DNA of 64,000 nucleotides from a virus, in IMG/VR virus record IMGVR_UViG_3300012950_001127, positions 1-64,000 of that record, one strand, 5' to 3'. Position 1 is the first letter of the stretch. The number at the start of each line of letters is the position of its first letter. Under the pieces are notes generated by a model. It was not told the DNA's origin, did not search any database, and saw only the letters and a list, made by a program, of their open reading frames with translations. A program made the translations under genes and the position numbers. Shown here in pieces: positions 37,205-47,757 of the stretch.

Positions 37205-40200
37205 TTGGAAAGTTTAATGGATTTTGTCAAATTAAAGCAAGTTCTTGCAGATGTATCTGCCGATTCTTTCGGTGATTTTGTAACAATATTAAGTGAATTC
37301 CACACGAAGATACAAAACATAATAGATATTCATGAGGCATTGGCCGATGATAATCCGCAGGCACGCGACGAGTTTTTGCCAAGACTTATAGGCGCATTTG
37401 AGGAAGGTGGGCTTATAGAACTTTTGGGTGTTTTAGCCCAAGCCTATGAGGGCGCGGACATTACTTTAGACAATTTAAGCCCATTTGCTAATAAAGCGGA
37501 AGAGTTTGTAGAGGCATATGGCATTGGTGAATTTTTGGCGCAAGATTTTGCCAATATAATTGACAATGTAAACTCCCTGGAGGAAGCGGGGCAAGACGAG
37601 GTTCGGGTCGATGAGCCTCTCGATCCCGAGCCTCTCGATCCTGAGCCTCCCGGTCCCGAGCCTACAATAACCGTAGATGATTTGCTTTCTGGGCAAGTCA
37701 GGAAGAGTCGGGGTGGTGAAGCTCAGCCGAGCGAAGAAGAGGGAGACCCCGAAGAAGAAGAGCCAATTTCTCAAAAGAAAGTAAAAATTTTAGAAAGGCT
37801 AACTGTTGAAGAAAATGTAATTTTAAATTTAGATGTCTCTGGAACTTTCTTTTCAAAAAGAATAAATAAGGAAGATTACAGATTGTCCTTGGCGGCGGCC
37901 CGCCAATCTTCGCAAGATTTGGATGAACTAAATTTTCACGATGCGTTTTCTGGGCTCCCTGCGCTATATGCGATAGATGATGAGCAGCACAAGGTTATAT
38001 TTGATCTTAATGCTGCAAATCTTACAGAAAAAGCAGCAATTGATTTTATTGCGCTTTTAAATCGCGAATATTCCAGATTATCTGGAGAGAATATTAGTTA
38101 TTCTAAAATTCATATACTTCAAGTAAAAAGAAAGAAGTTGGCAGAAAAGTTAGATGATTTTGTTGCCGCAATAAAGATTAGAGATTTGAAGATTAAAGAT
38201 CTTCTGTCTAAATTCCATCACATGGGGTATGCGATGGAAGGTTATAACGAAATTAAATTTAGTTTAACTAAACTTATAAAAGATCCGAATACCGCGCTTA
38301 GTAAAGAATTAAATAATTTAATTATGAATGTGGTGTTTATTGATATACGAAGCGAGATTGTTAAGTACAAATTCTCTAGAGCAGCTAAAGCAAATAAGGC
38401 CCTTTTAGAAGAGGTCATGCAAGCTTTTACTCCTATATTTGAAGAGCGACTATTGCAAGCAATTGTATCGTTCTTTTCTCCAAGTATTGCGCTTAATAGT
38501 GAAGTTATTTTTGATCAAGAGCAATTTTCTCAAGTATCAAGGACTAATGAGTTTTCTATAGCAGCATTTTTATCTTCACATGGAAGCTTGGGTCGGCAGC
38601 TTGTTCAGCAATTTGCATACGAACAAACTGTTATGAGCAAAAAAAGAGGGTGGAGTTACATGTCTTGCCCGACTTGTAATAAAGAAATATATACAGCTCC
38701 TTTTACAGGCTCTTACAAAGGCTCGGGCAGAGGGGCAGAGATTCATCCGAGAGAGCATTCTGATTACGAAGAAGAAAGATATAGCCTGCTTAGAAAAGAT
38801 GGAACAATAATTACTCTTGATCAATTAAATCAACATGGAGAGTTTCCTCCTCCAGAGGGTTATTTAGAGGGAGCTACATGGTTAGAGATAGAGTCTATGG
38901 TGGCCTCTCCACGCAGATCAAAGCATATAGAGGGAGTGGCGCGGCGCTCTCTAGCATTAAGCGCCATGGGCGGAATCCCTGTGCATAGCAGCAAGCAGGG
39001 TGGTTATATTGCAAATTATAAGTACCTTTGTCCTTATGGAGACACTTCTGCGCCAAGAGCCGGCTTAGAAACAATGCAAGCAGGAAAGCCGGCAAGATTT
39101 CAGTGCGGTCTTTCTTTGGACCCAACCCCCCTGTTGAGCGGTGATCAAAATATTAGACCAGAACACTTGCAGGCCACAGGGGCATCTTTGGGATATTCTA
39201 TTGAGCAATATTCTGCCACTTTAGACGAGGTGGCGCAAAGTGGCACAATAAGTGAGGAACAAAAGCAAGATTTTCTTGATGAGTTAAATCGACGGCGAGG
39301 TGGTGGGTGGAAATTTTCTAACACTTACTTTAGATGCCCTTGCAAAGTTGATATACCAGAAGAGCATTATGGAAAAGAAAATTTTGATATTTCTGATTAT
39401 GAACGCTATTCGTATATAGCCTCTCCAATTTCCGGCCCCATAACAGAGGCGGCCGTAGCAAGTAATGATGTTTATCTGCCAAGAAGCGCAGACGGATCAA
39501 TTGCCCCTATTCAAGAAGGCTCTATGAGCTATTTGATCTGCGGAGCTTTAACTTCATTATCTGCTTTTATAAGAAGTCCGAGTGATCTTAATTCTCTTTC
39601 GGCTATATTAACAGAGCTAATAAGCAAGGCTTCTGCTGAGCCAGATGGTTTGGCAGCGAATAAAGTTTTGGCAGACTTTATAAATACTTTAATTTATTTA
39701 GGAGTTGATGTTTCAGATATTCTTCCGCTAATGTCTAGAAACGTTAGAGTTGCAGCGGATATGTTTGAAGCAGAAAGATTTAAAAAAATAGCCCATTTGT
39801 TTGCAGTGGCTATGGCCTCTCCCCAGAATTTGTCTGGGTTGTCTAAAATAACTGAATCTTCTACAATAGATATTATTAAAAACATTGGCCTTCGATGCAA
39901 ATACGGTCATAACTTTACAGTTGGGGACTCTGTATTTTTCGGAAGAACACATACTGGCATAAATATGCAAAATGTAAAGAAGAATGTTTACTCTTGGAGA
40001 GACGTAATAGATTCCGGGATATTGTTTTCTGAAGGATTAGAGAATTTTAAAAATACATTGAAGTTGCGCACAGCAGGCAAGGGTCAGGGTAATCCGTATA
40101 TTTTACAGGGTAATCGAAGCGGTTCTTCTCCTACAGATTATGAAGGCTGGGGCGGCAGAAGTATATATGACATTTATTTCTTACACCCAGAGACAGGGGC

Positions 40201-43200
40201 CGAATTAGCATTTCATCATCCTTCAAGAACTTATATATGGGGATCTGAGGGCGGAAAGCCATATACATCTGCACGAGTTAGAGAAACAAGAGATAGAGAC
40301 TCAGTAATAGAGACCCACTTAAATTCTCGAAAAGATATTGAGGGCGGAAGGGAAGACGGAGCGCAGGCAGGAGCGGATAAGATGGGCAGAGCGGCTGCTC
40401 AAGCAGGAGCGGCAGATAGCACTGTTTCTAGTATTATGGAAATGGCAAAAGACAGTCTTGGAAAGCTGTCAACACCAGCGTCCCCAAATAAGGGAGTTAA
40501 TCAACTAACGGTCCCCTTAGGAAGCATGTTAAAGTCTTATTTGACATGCGTACATGACTGGCTAGACCTCGCTACCTCTTTGGACGCCGAGGGCGTTATA
40601 GCCGGGAAGTCAGAGGTTTTGGGTACAGATGAAGAAAAGATGGCGAAACTTTTAGATGAGTCAAGAAATGTAATGTTATCTGTAATTGAATATGCTGAGG
40701 GGGAGATTACTCCTTTTGCCAACACTGTTATAGATATGTCTTTACAAAGATTTAAAGAAAGCTATTTAAATAGAGTATTTAAATTAGACTTAAGATTTTT
40801 AAATCAATTTGGTCTAATAAATACTGAAAATATAATACATAATATTATTTATTCTATGTTAAATACTTTATATGATGCTAGAAAAAATGAAAACTTGGGA
40901 GCGGATGAGAAGTCTGGAGCAAAAGAGTGGTACGCTAATTATAGAGGAGACCTACTGTTAAGCAATATGCAGATAAACTTTAATACTTTAGTTGACGCTG
41001 GAGTTGATCTCAATTCTTTAACAGATAATTTTAGAGAAATTCTCGCCCCCACTGCTTTGACGGCAAGAGAGATAGAGGGTATATATTCTCCTATTTCTGA
41101 AGAAGGGTATAGTTTAAAAGTCACAAAGATGAAAGGGAAAGAGTTCATGGGCATGATTATGCTGGCATCCTCTGCTCTTTATATTGCTGATTCTATTTCA
41201 AGGATTTATAATTTGTATATGAAGTATCCCAACACAAGTAACTACATAGGGTATGATATCGGATTAGATTTATCTTCTATAGATAAAGTTCTAGCCTTAG
41301 ACAAAGAAAGTGTTGAGAGAATAAATATAGGATTTGATAATTTAGAATTAGAGGGAAGCCCGCATTATAATCCCATAGAATTTATAGAAGATTATTTTGA
41401 TAATATACTTAATTGTATAAAAGCTTTAGAAGGCGACTTAGTTAGAGTAAAGGCCGCATGTGTATCTTACAAGTATATACAGCGTGCTTCTGATATTATA
41501 AGAGAACGATTAAATAATATAATTGTTTCTGAGCCAGAATCAGAAGAGTCTATTAAGGCGAGTCGCATAATAAACAGTGTCATGGTAAACTTGCCAGTTA
41601 CAACTATTGACTTGAATAGTGGAGGAAAATACGCCAATTATTATTCAAGCTCTGCAGAGGCAGGGGGAGTTCCGCATGGATTAATTCCATTGTTTGGAGC
41701 AATGCTGGTGACGCATAAAGATAAGCAGTTGGCCAATGTATATTATCCCGTGTATATATTAACAACAGTCAAGGGTGTACATCATAATTTTAATATAGAC
41801 ATCCCTTTGCCTGCGTCTAAAAAGTATATGTATGTTTTAAGCAGCAAGGCTCTTCCCGGCTCTAATGAGCTCGCAGATATTTCAAACACTCTGCCAGAAG
41901 TTTATAAGGATAATGGATGGGCGGCTTATGAGGTTTTGGCGTCAGAATGGAATTTTAAAGATTCGAGGTCAAATGCTGGACTCTCTGAAGGGGTTAGCTA
42001 CATATACCATCCTGGCACAATTCAGAATTTTGATGAAAATAATAATGTCTCTTCTTATTCTAATATAGAGTCCGGGTTAGATACGAGTCTCGGGATGTTC
42101 TTGGGATCGTTATGTCCCAAGGAGGGTCGCGGCCTTTGCTTTCCTCCCGTTCCTTTGATGCCTAATAACATTGGCGTGCCAATTCCATTTGGCTATGTTG
42201 ACAGAATGAAAGAGCCTGCAACGAGAAAGGCCGCCTTCCCTATTTTAGACGTAAGAATTCCAGTTCCAATTAAGATAGGAGATTATATAGAGAATATTGA
42301 CGTATCTGACTTTTTGTTAAGAGAGCCCCATGAGGTTGCGCTATCTTTGATAAAAGAAATTATGAAAAATTACAAGTTATATCAAAAAGATCTAAGCTCA
42401 ATTAACATTAGAACTCCAGAGGGACGAAAGCAGAAAGAGAGAGTAAAGGCGCAATATAAAGAAATTATTTCAAAATTAAATTATATGTATAGATCTTTGC
42501 CGTTTGCTACAGAAAATAAGCGAAGCGCTACGGCGAGAGCAAGGCAGAATATAGTTCAGTTTGAAGAAGGAACACAACACTCAGAGCGCTTTGGAGCAAG
42601 AGCTTCTGTATATATGCCTATGATTGATTGGGTTATTATGCACAAGATGATAACCTCTCCTGCATTTGGCCCAGAATTCGGAGGGCATAATCTTTGGAGT
42701 GTTAGCGAAGGAAGCGCAGAGGGAGACACAGAGGTTGCGATAAGAGCTGTTAAAAGCGGATTAGAAAGATTTTTAATTGAATTAAATGGATTAGAGCGGT
42801 TAGCAGAATTATTAAGTGCAAGGCTTAATACAGATATAAGTCCAGAGGATTTGCTAGATCCGCAGAAAAGACTATTTAACTCAGGAAAGATAACGAAAAA
42901 ACAATGTAAAGAATTATTTGGATATGATTTCAGTTATACTGATACTTCTGTAGAATCTAGTGTTATGATGGGGGCCCATGAAGATGAATTTGGATCAGAG
43001 TTGTTTTGGATTAGAAGCAATACGGGAGAGGCTTTAGAGGAAGTTCAGGTGGTTTCTGATTCTGAAATCTCTAAGGCTGGTACTACTAATATATTTAGAA
43101 ATTTTCGCTCTTGGGCAATGTCCCCAGGAAGGTACTACCCTATAGGCGTTGAGCGGAATGTAAGCTCTAGAACTGGAGACCCCGCTGCTAGAATAAAGAT

Positions 43201-43582
43201 ATTAAATACTATATTTCCAAGTCAAGATTATGCATCTAGATTGGCAGACGTGCAAGATTTAAGCTCTGAAGCTCTATTGGATATAGAGCAATTATATGCG
43301 TATGAGGTGTTACTTGGAAATCCTAGAAAGCAAACATTTTATCCGCCACCAGCTACGGACAGGGTATCGCATATATCTATTGTAAGACAGGCGGAGGCAA
43401 TTAGTGATTATTTGAGAGAGTATCATCAAGCGGAGATGACTAGATCTTGGGATATAAAAAAGTTAAGTTTTTATAAAAATAATCTTATAAAAAAATCTAA
43501 AATTGACAAGATGGCTTTTGATGTTAATGGTATAATGATAGGTACAAGGCTTATGGCCCTGTGGAATTATTTAACACGTTAA
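37205..43582 (+). CDS. Giant hypothetical protein (2125 aa) with dispersed Cys motifs
   Basis: Uninterrupted 6.4-kb ORF; CPTC, CP, CG, CPC and CKYGH motifs; TACTAAT upstream at 37125. Confidence 0.8.
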   Translation: MESLMDFVKLKQVLADVSADSFGDFVTILSEFHTKIQNIIDIHEALADDNPQARDEFLPRLIGAFEEGGLIELLGVLAQAYEGADITLDNLSPFANKAEEFVEAYGIGEFLAQDFANIIDNVNSLEEAGQDEVRVDEPLDPEPLDPEPPGPEPTITVDDLLSGQVRKSRGGEAQPSEEEGDPEEEEPISQKKVKILERLTVEENVILNLDVSGTFFSKRINKEDYRLSLAAARQSSQDLDELNFHDAFSGLPALYAIDDEQHKVIFDLNAANLTEKAAIDFIALLNREYSRLSGENISYSKIHILQVKRKKLAEKLDDFVAAIKIRDLKIKDLLSKFHHMGYAMEGYNEIKFSLTKLIKDPNTALSKELNNLIMNVVFIDIRSEIVKYKFSRAAKANKALLEEVMQAFTPIFEERLLQAIVSFFSPSIALNSEVIFDQEQFSQVSRTNEFSIAAFLSSHGSLGRQLVQQFAYEQTVMSKKRGWSYMSCPTCNKEIYTAPFTGSYKGSGRGAEIHPREHSDYEEERYSLLRKDGTIITLDQLNQHGEFPPPEGYLEGATWLEIESMVASPRRSKHIEGVARRSLALSAMGGIPVHSSKQGGYIANYKYLCPYGDTSAPRAGLETMQAGKPARFQCGLSLDPTPLLSGDQNIRPEHLQATGASLGYSIEQYSATLDEVAQSGTISEEQKQDFLDELNRRRGGGWKFSNTYFRCPCKVDIPEEHYGKENFDISDYERYSYIASPISGPITEAAVASNDVYLPRSADGSIAPIQEGSMSYLICGALTSLSAFIRSPSDLNSLSAILTELISKASAEPDGLAANKVLADFINTLIYLGVDVSDILPLMSRNVRVAADMFEAERFKKIAHLFAVAMASPQNLSGLSKITESSTIDIIKNIGLRCKYGHNFTVGDSVFFGRTHTGINMQNVKKNVYSWRDVIDSGILFSEGLENFKNTLKLRTAGKGQGNPYILQGNRSGSSPTDYEGWGGRSIYDIYFLHPETGAELAFHHPSRTYIWGSEGGKPYTSARVRETRDRDSVIETHLNSRKDIEGGREDGAQAGADKMGRAAAQAGAADSTVSSIMEMAKDSLGKLSTPASPNKGVNQLTVPLGSMLKSYLTCVHDWLDLATSLDAEGVIAGKSEVLGTDEEKMAKLLDESRNVMLSVIEYAEGEITPFANTVIDMSLQRFKESYLNRVFKLDLRFLNQFGLINTENIIHNIIYSMLNTLYDARKNENLGADEKSGAKEWYANYRGDLLLSNMQINFNTLVDAGVDLNSLTDNFREILAPTALTAREIEGIYSPISEEGYSLKVTKMKGKEFMGMIMLASSALYIADSISRIYNLYMKYPNTSNYIGYDIGLDLSSIDKVLALDKESVERINIGFDNLELEGSPHYNPIEFIEDYFDNILNCIKALEGDLVRVKAACVSYKYIQRASDIIRERLNNIIVSEPESEESIKASRIINSVMVNLPVTTIDLNSGGKYANYYSSSAEAGGVPHGLIPLFGAMLVTHKDKQLANVYYPVYILTTVKGVHHNFNIDIPLPASKKYMYVLSSKALPGSNELADISNTLPEVYKDNGWAAYEVLASEWNFKDSRSNAGLSEGVSYIYHPGTIQNFDENNNVSSYSNIESGLDTSLGMFLGSLCPKEGRGLCFPPVPLMPNNIGVPIPFGYVDRMKEPATRKAAFPILDVRIPVPIKIGDYIENIDVSDFLLREPHEVALSLIKEIMKNYKLYQKDLSSINIRTPEGRKQKERVKAQYKEIISKLNYMYRSLPFATENKRSATARARQNIVQFEEGTQHSERFGARASVYMPMIDWVIMHKMITSPAFGPEFGGHNLWSVSEGSAEGDTEVAIRAVKSGLERFLIELNGLERLAELLSARLNTDISPEDLLDPQKRLFNSGKITKKQCKELFGYDFSYTDTSVESSVMMGAHEDEFGSELFWIRSNTGEALEEVQVVSDSEISKAGTTNIFRNFRSWAMSPGRYYPIGVERNVSSRTGDPAARIKILNTIFPSQDYASRLADVQDLSSEALLDIEQLYAYEVLLGNPRKQTFYPPPATDRVSHISIVRQAEAISDYLREYHQAEMTRSWDIKKLSFYKNNLIKKSKIDKMAFDVNGIMIGTRLMALWNYLTR
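37613..37663 (+). repeat. 15-bp coding tandem repeat (GAGCCTCTCGATCCY), about 3 copies, encoding EPLDP
   Basis: Read directly from the sequence. Confidence 0.85.
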
Positions 43583-43606
43583 TTTGAACAATAAGTTGGA
43601 GGCAGC

Positions 43607-43882
43607 ATGAGTGTGGTTAAGATTTTTAATGAAGATAATGGTCAGTCTGAAAATACTACGTGGAATATTGATGACGTAAAAGAATATGTTAAACAATATC
43701 TTGTATATGAATTGCAGATAAAAGATCTGCAAGAGTCTAGAAGAGAATGGTCTAATGATTTTTTAAAAGCGAAGAGTCTTCCAAAGAAAGAGCTTACGCA
43801 GGCCTTGGGGTCAGCAAAGAAAGACATTGATATGGAAGTGGTAAATGAGATATATGATAACATAATAGGAATGTTTGAATGA
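43607..43882 (+). CDS. Small coiled-coil protein, possibly a T4 DsbA/GapR-like dsDNA-binding protein
   Basis: VKEYVKQY...E.QIKDLQE...AK pattern and size; GGAGG RBS; upstream extended -10 TGGTATAAT at 43528. Confidence 0.45.
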   Translation: MSVVKIFNEDNGQSENTTWNIDDVKEYVKQYLVYELQIKDLQESRREWSNDFLKAKSLPKKELTQALGSAKKDIDMEVVNEIYDNIIGMFE

Positions 43883-44364
43883 TGATATTTGCCCTGCATT
43901 TTTTGCTTGGCTATACATACGGTCTTTTCGCAGAGTGGTTTATTCATAAAGAAATTTTACACAGATACGGCAAAGGAAAAAATGCTATTTTTAAATTTCA
44001 TTGGAGTTCACATCACAGTGATGCCAGAAGATTTGAGTTTATAGATCCTTCCTATAATGAGAGTTTGCTTGCATGGAACGCAGCAACGAAAGAGTTGCTC
44101 TCTTTATTATTTTTAGTTGCAATCCATACTCCTGTTTTATTTTTCGCCCCAGGAGCCTATGCTGCTCTTATTTTTTCAGTAATTGAATATTACTTTAAAC
44201 ACAGAAAGGCGCATAAAAATCCAGAGTGGGCAAAAGAAAAATTAGTGTGGCATTTTGACCATCACATGGGTAAAATACAGGATATGAACTGGGGTGTTCG
44301 CAGGGATATTGTCGATAGGCTTTTGGGAACAAGAGTAAAATACACGACAAAAAATAATTATTAA
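43879..44364 (+). CDS. Fatty acid hydroxylase/sterol desaturase superfamily membrane protein
   Basis: Four His boxes (HKEILH, HWSSHH, HRKAH, HFDHH), NWGV...D.LLGT ending, TM segments. Confidence 0.8.
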   Translation: MMIFALHFLLGYTYGLFAEWFIHKEILHRYGKGKNAIFKFHWSSHHSDARRFEFIDPSYNESLLAWNAATKELLSLLFLVAIHTPVLFFAPGAYAALIFSVIEYYFKHRKAHKNPEWAKEKLVWHFDHHMGKIQDMNWGVRRDIVDRLLGTRVKYTTKNNY

Positions 44365-44385
44365 TATTTAAAATTGGAGCTTTAC

Positions 44386-47300
44386 ATGGCCTCTGGACCT
44401 TTTGTTTCTTTACATAATCATACAGAGCTTGGCAGCCCACTTGACGGAATGAATGATGTTCGTGATCTTTTTAGAAGAGCGAAAGAAGTAAATCATCCAG
44501 GGGTTGCGGTAACTGACCATGGAACGCTCACTGCTCTGTATGACTCTTGGAAGGCTAGCCAAGAATTTGGGGTAAAATTAATCCCTGGAATAGAGGCTTA
44601 TTTTGCTGATGACTTAAACATAAAGAAGTCATATCACTTAGTTCTTCTCGCTAAAAATTCTATAGGATATAAAAATATTTTAAAGTTAAATTATTTAGCT
44701 TTCCAGAATCAAGTTTCTGGATACATGGGAAAGAAGACGCCTAGAATTTCTTGGGAACATATTGAGAATTATAACGAGGGAATAATTGCCTTAACGGCTT
44801 GTTCTAATGGTCTTGTTGCCAAAACTTTAATAACTGATAATGATGAAGAAAAAGCTTTATGTCATATATCTAGATTGAATGAAATATTCTATAATAGATT
44901 ATTTTTAGAGTTACAGCCACATGCCTTATATGATGTTAATAAGCATGGAAAGGAAGTAAATCAGCAAAAATTAAATGAATCGCTTATTAGAATATCTCAC
45001 GATATGAAGATTCCTTATGTTATAACTTGTGATGCTCATTATAGGGATAAAGAGGCTGCAAAATATCATGACTTTATGCTTGCAATAAAAGATAAAAAAG
45101 CAGTTGACGATCCAGATCGCTTTAGATATGGAGTCCAAGATATGTACCTAAAGACACATGAAGAAATTATAGATTTTTTTGGGAAAGATATTGCTACAGT
45201 TGGTATGGAAAATTCCATTAAAATAATGAATGCTTGTGATGAGCCGAGCTATATAAAGCCACGAGGAGCTATGCTTCCTGTTTTCTCTGTTTCTGAAGAA
45301 TTAGATTATAAAGAGTTTAAAGAGTGGAAGGGTGAAGTTGGATCTAATATAGCGGAAGATAAAGCATATCTTCGGTTCAAGTGCATTGAGGGGTTCAAGA
45401 ATAAGCTAACACACTTAGATAAGGGAGATAGAGACGAATACTGGGAAAGGGTGAAAACTGAATTAGCTGTATTAGAGGAGAAAAATTTTTCGTCTTATAT
45501 GTTAATTGTTGCAGATTATGTTAATTGGGCTAAAGAAAGAATGCCGGTAGGGCCAGCGCGTGGTTCTGCGGCGGGGTCATTAGTAGCCTACTTGACAGGC
45601 ATAACAAGCGTTGACCCCATAGAGTATGATTTAATCTTTGAAAGATTTCATAATAATCAAAAGAAATCTTTTCCAGATATTGATTCTGATTTTTCTGATC
45701 CAAGTATAGTTAAAGATTATATTAAAGATAAGTATGGATCAGATCGGGTTGCTTCCATTTCTAATTGGAGCACTCTATCGCCACGCGTTGTTATAAAGGA
45801 TGTAGCAAGAAGTTTAAGGTTAGGTGGAGATAAGTCTTCTGCTTTTAAAATAGCAAACGCTATAACCTCTATCATGCCAGATGCAGACACCCTTAGCGAG
45901 GCAATGTCGAGTAGTCGCCAATTATCTGATTATATGAAGCAATACCCAGAGTTATATAAGTATGCTTCTAAGTTGCAAAATCTTACCAGAAACTGGTCCA
46001 TGCATGCCGCAGGAGTCGTTATTGGAGAGGATGCCCTATATGAGTCCATTCCCTTGAGAATAGACAAGGAAGGACACATTATAACGCAATGGGAAAAAAC
46101 AAGGTGTGAAGAGAATGGTCTTATAAAGATGGATCTATTGGGACTTAAAACTCTTACTGTTATAGATAATGCTTTTAAATTAATTCACGAATCTACAGGG
46201 GAAAGCTTATCTGTAAATGATATAGATATGAAGGATCAAAGGGTTTATGAGATGATCGGGAAAGGCAAGACTATCGGGCTGTTTCAATTAGAATCTTCTC
46301 TTACTCCATTTTGCATACGGCTTAAGCCAAAAAATATAGAAGATATATCTGCAATAAATGCTATAGGCAGACCTTCGTGTAAGCCGGCAGAGAGAAGGAG
46401 ATATGCTAAGCGTAGGCTCGGGGCAGAAAAAACAGTATATGATCATCCAAGTTTAAAAAGAGCATTAGAAAAAACTTATGGAGTTTTGGTTTATGAGGAG
46501 CAAGCTATGATCATTGCACAAGATTGTGCTGGATGGGATCTTAATCAGGCAGATGCTTTAAGAAAGATTAGTAAATTAAAAGGAAAAGATCAAGAGCTTG
46601 TTTTGCGTACAGAGGCAAATTTTACAAAAGATTGTATAGAATATAGCGGCATGTCATATGAAGTAGCGTGCAAGATTTGGAAAACATACATAGAACCTCT
46701 TGGGGGGTACGCTTTTAATAAATCTCACTCTATATCTTATTCTATAATATCTTTTTATACTGCTTGGTTAAAATATCATTACCCTTCTGAGTTCATGTGC
46801 GCTTTATTAAACTCAGAAGACCCAAATAGCGATAAGGCTCAAGAGTATTTGAGTGAATGCAGATCTATGAAGATTCAAATTAAACCTCCAAATGTTAATG
46901 ATAGTGTTGGGCCTTATGGCGTGCTAAAATCAGGAGAGATTGTCACAGGACTTTCTGCCATTAAGGGCGTGGGCGAAAAAGCTATTAGCTCTATAGTTGC
47001 TAATCAGCCTTATGTTGATTATCCTAATTTTTTAATGTTAAATGAAAGTAGAACCGTTGGGAAGACTGTTATTCAGTCTTTGTCCAAAGCTGGTGCTTTG
47101 GATTGTTTTTCTGGCGTAAGAAAAGATATGCATGATAATTATCAAAAATATAGATCTAAGGCCAAGGCGGTTTTCAAAAAGGCAATAGAGTCAAAAATAT
47201 TTTTACAACACCCCTCTTTGAAGAAAGTTCCAAGTGATCGCAAAGAAGAATTGTTTAAAGAATTTGGCATAGTAAATAATTCTACTGAGTATCATAAGAT

Positions 47301-47757
47301 AATGAGCTCTATTGAATTTTCTAAATCTGAAGAAGATTGGGATAGAAAGAAAAGGCTTTTGTTTGAAAAAGAGTCTCTGGGCAGACCTATAAGCGGAAGT
47401 TTGCACGAGGTATTTAAAGGATTCTTCTCTGGAGGCTCTCTTGTGACGCCATTATCTCATGTAAATACTTTAGAGGCATCCTCTAAGGTTAAAATTGAAG
47501 TAATTATATCAACAAAGCTTAAAGAGTTTAAAATAAAAAATGGCAAAAACATAGGTAGAAAGTTTGCTAAATATTTGGTCGAAGATATAAACGGGGATAC
47601 TTGCGGATTAACCGTATGGGCTGATGACTATGATAGATATAGAGCCATATTGAAAGACGGAGTTCCAATAAAAGCAATATGTAGAGTTAATGAGTATATG
47701 GATCAGAAAGATTTAGCGCTTTCTGCGTTAGAAAGAGTTTATGGGAGAGAAAGATGA
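44386..47757 (+). CDS. dnaE: DNA polymerase III alpha subunit (family C)
   Basis: PHP domain (LHNHT, TDHG, DAHY), GPARGSAAGSL, FERF, PDIDSDF, HAAG, KMDLLGL, YAFNKSHS, C-terminal OB fold. Confidence 0.97.
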   Translation: MASGPFVSLHNHTELGSPLDGMNDVRDLFRRAKEVNHPGVAVTDHGTLTALYDSWKASQEFGVKLIPGIEAYFADDLNIKKSYHLVLLAKNSIGYKNILKLNYLAFQNQVSGYMGKKTPRISWEHIENYNEGIIALTACSNGLVAKTLITDNDEEKALCHISRLNEIFYNRLFLELQPHALYDVNKHGKEVNQQKLNESLIRISHDMKIPYVITCDAHYRDKEAAKYHDFMLAIKDKKAVDDPDRFRYGVQDMYLKTHEEIIDFFGKDIATVGMENSIKIMNACDEPSYIKPRGAMLPVFSVSEELDYKEFKEWKGEVGSNIAEDKAYLRFKCIEGFKNKLTHLDKGDRDEYWERVKTELAVLEEKNFSSYMLIVADYVNWAKERMPVGPARGSAAGSLVAYLTGITSVDPIEYDLIFERFHNNQKKSFPDIDSDFSDPSIVKDYIKDKYGSDRVASISNWSTLSPRVVIKDVARSLRLGGDKSSAFKIANAITSIMPDADTLSEAMSSSRQLSDYMKQYPELYKYASKLQNLTRNWSMHAAGVVIGEDALYESIPLRIDKEGHIITQWEKTRCEENGLIKMDLLGLKTLTVIDNAFKLIHESTGESLSVNDIDMKDQRVYEMIGKGKTIGLFQLESSLTPFCIRLKPKNIEDISAINAIGRPSCKPAERRRYAKRRLGAEKTVYDHPSLKRALEKTYGVLVYEEQAMIIAQDCAGWDLNQADALRKISKLKGKDQELVLRTEANFTKDCIEYSGMSYEVACKIWKTYIEPLGGYAFNKSHSISYSIISFYTAWLKYHYPSEFMCALLNSEDPNSDKAQEYLSECRSMKIQIKPPNVNDSVGPYGVLKSGEIVTGLSAIKGVGEKAISSIVANQPYVDYPNFLMLNESRTVGKTVIQSLSKAGALDCFSGVRKDMHDNYQKYRSKAKAVFKKAIESKIFLQHPSLKKVPSDRKEELFKEFGIVNNSTEYHKIMSSIEFSKSEEDWDRKKRLLFEKESLGRPISGSLHEVFKGFFSGGSLVTPLSHVNTLEASSKVKIEVIISTKLKEFKIKNGKNIGRKFAKYLVEDINGDTCGLTVWADDYDRYRAILKDGVPIKAICRVNEYMDQKDLALSALERVYGRER

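Noticed and set aside
43503-43536. Canonical sigma70 promoter TTGACA...TATAAT
   Set aside because: The spacer is 22 bp, too long; only the extended -10 (TGGTATAAT) is plausible.
37205-43582. Virion RNA polymerase call for the giant ORF
   Set aside because: No DxDGD or single-subunit RNAP catalytic motif was found by eye; left as unknown.
44386-47757. Intein or intron in dnaE (or recA)
   Set aside because: Lengths and motif spacing are normal, and no intein splice motifs or homing endonuclease insertion were seen.
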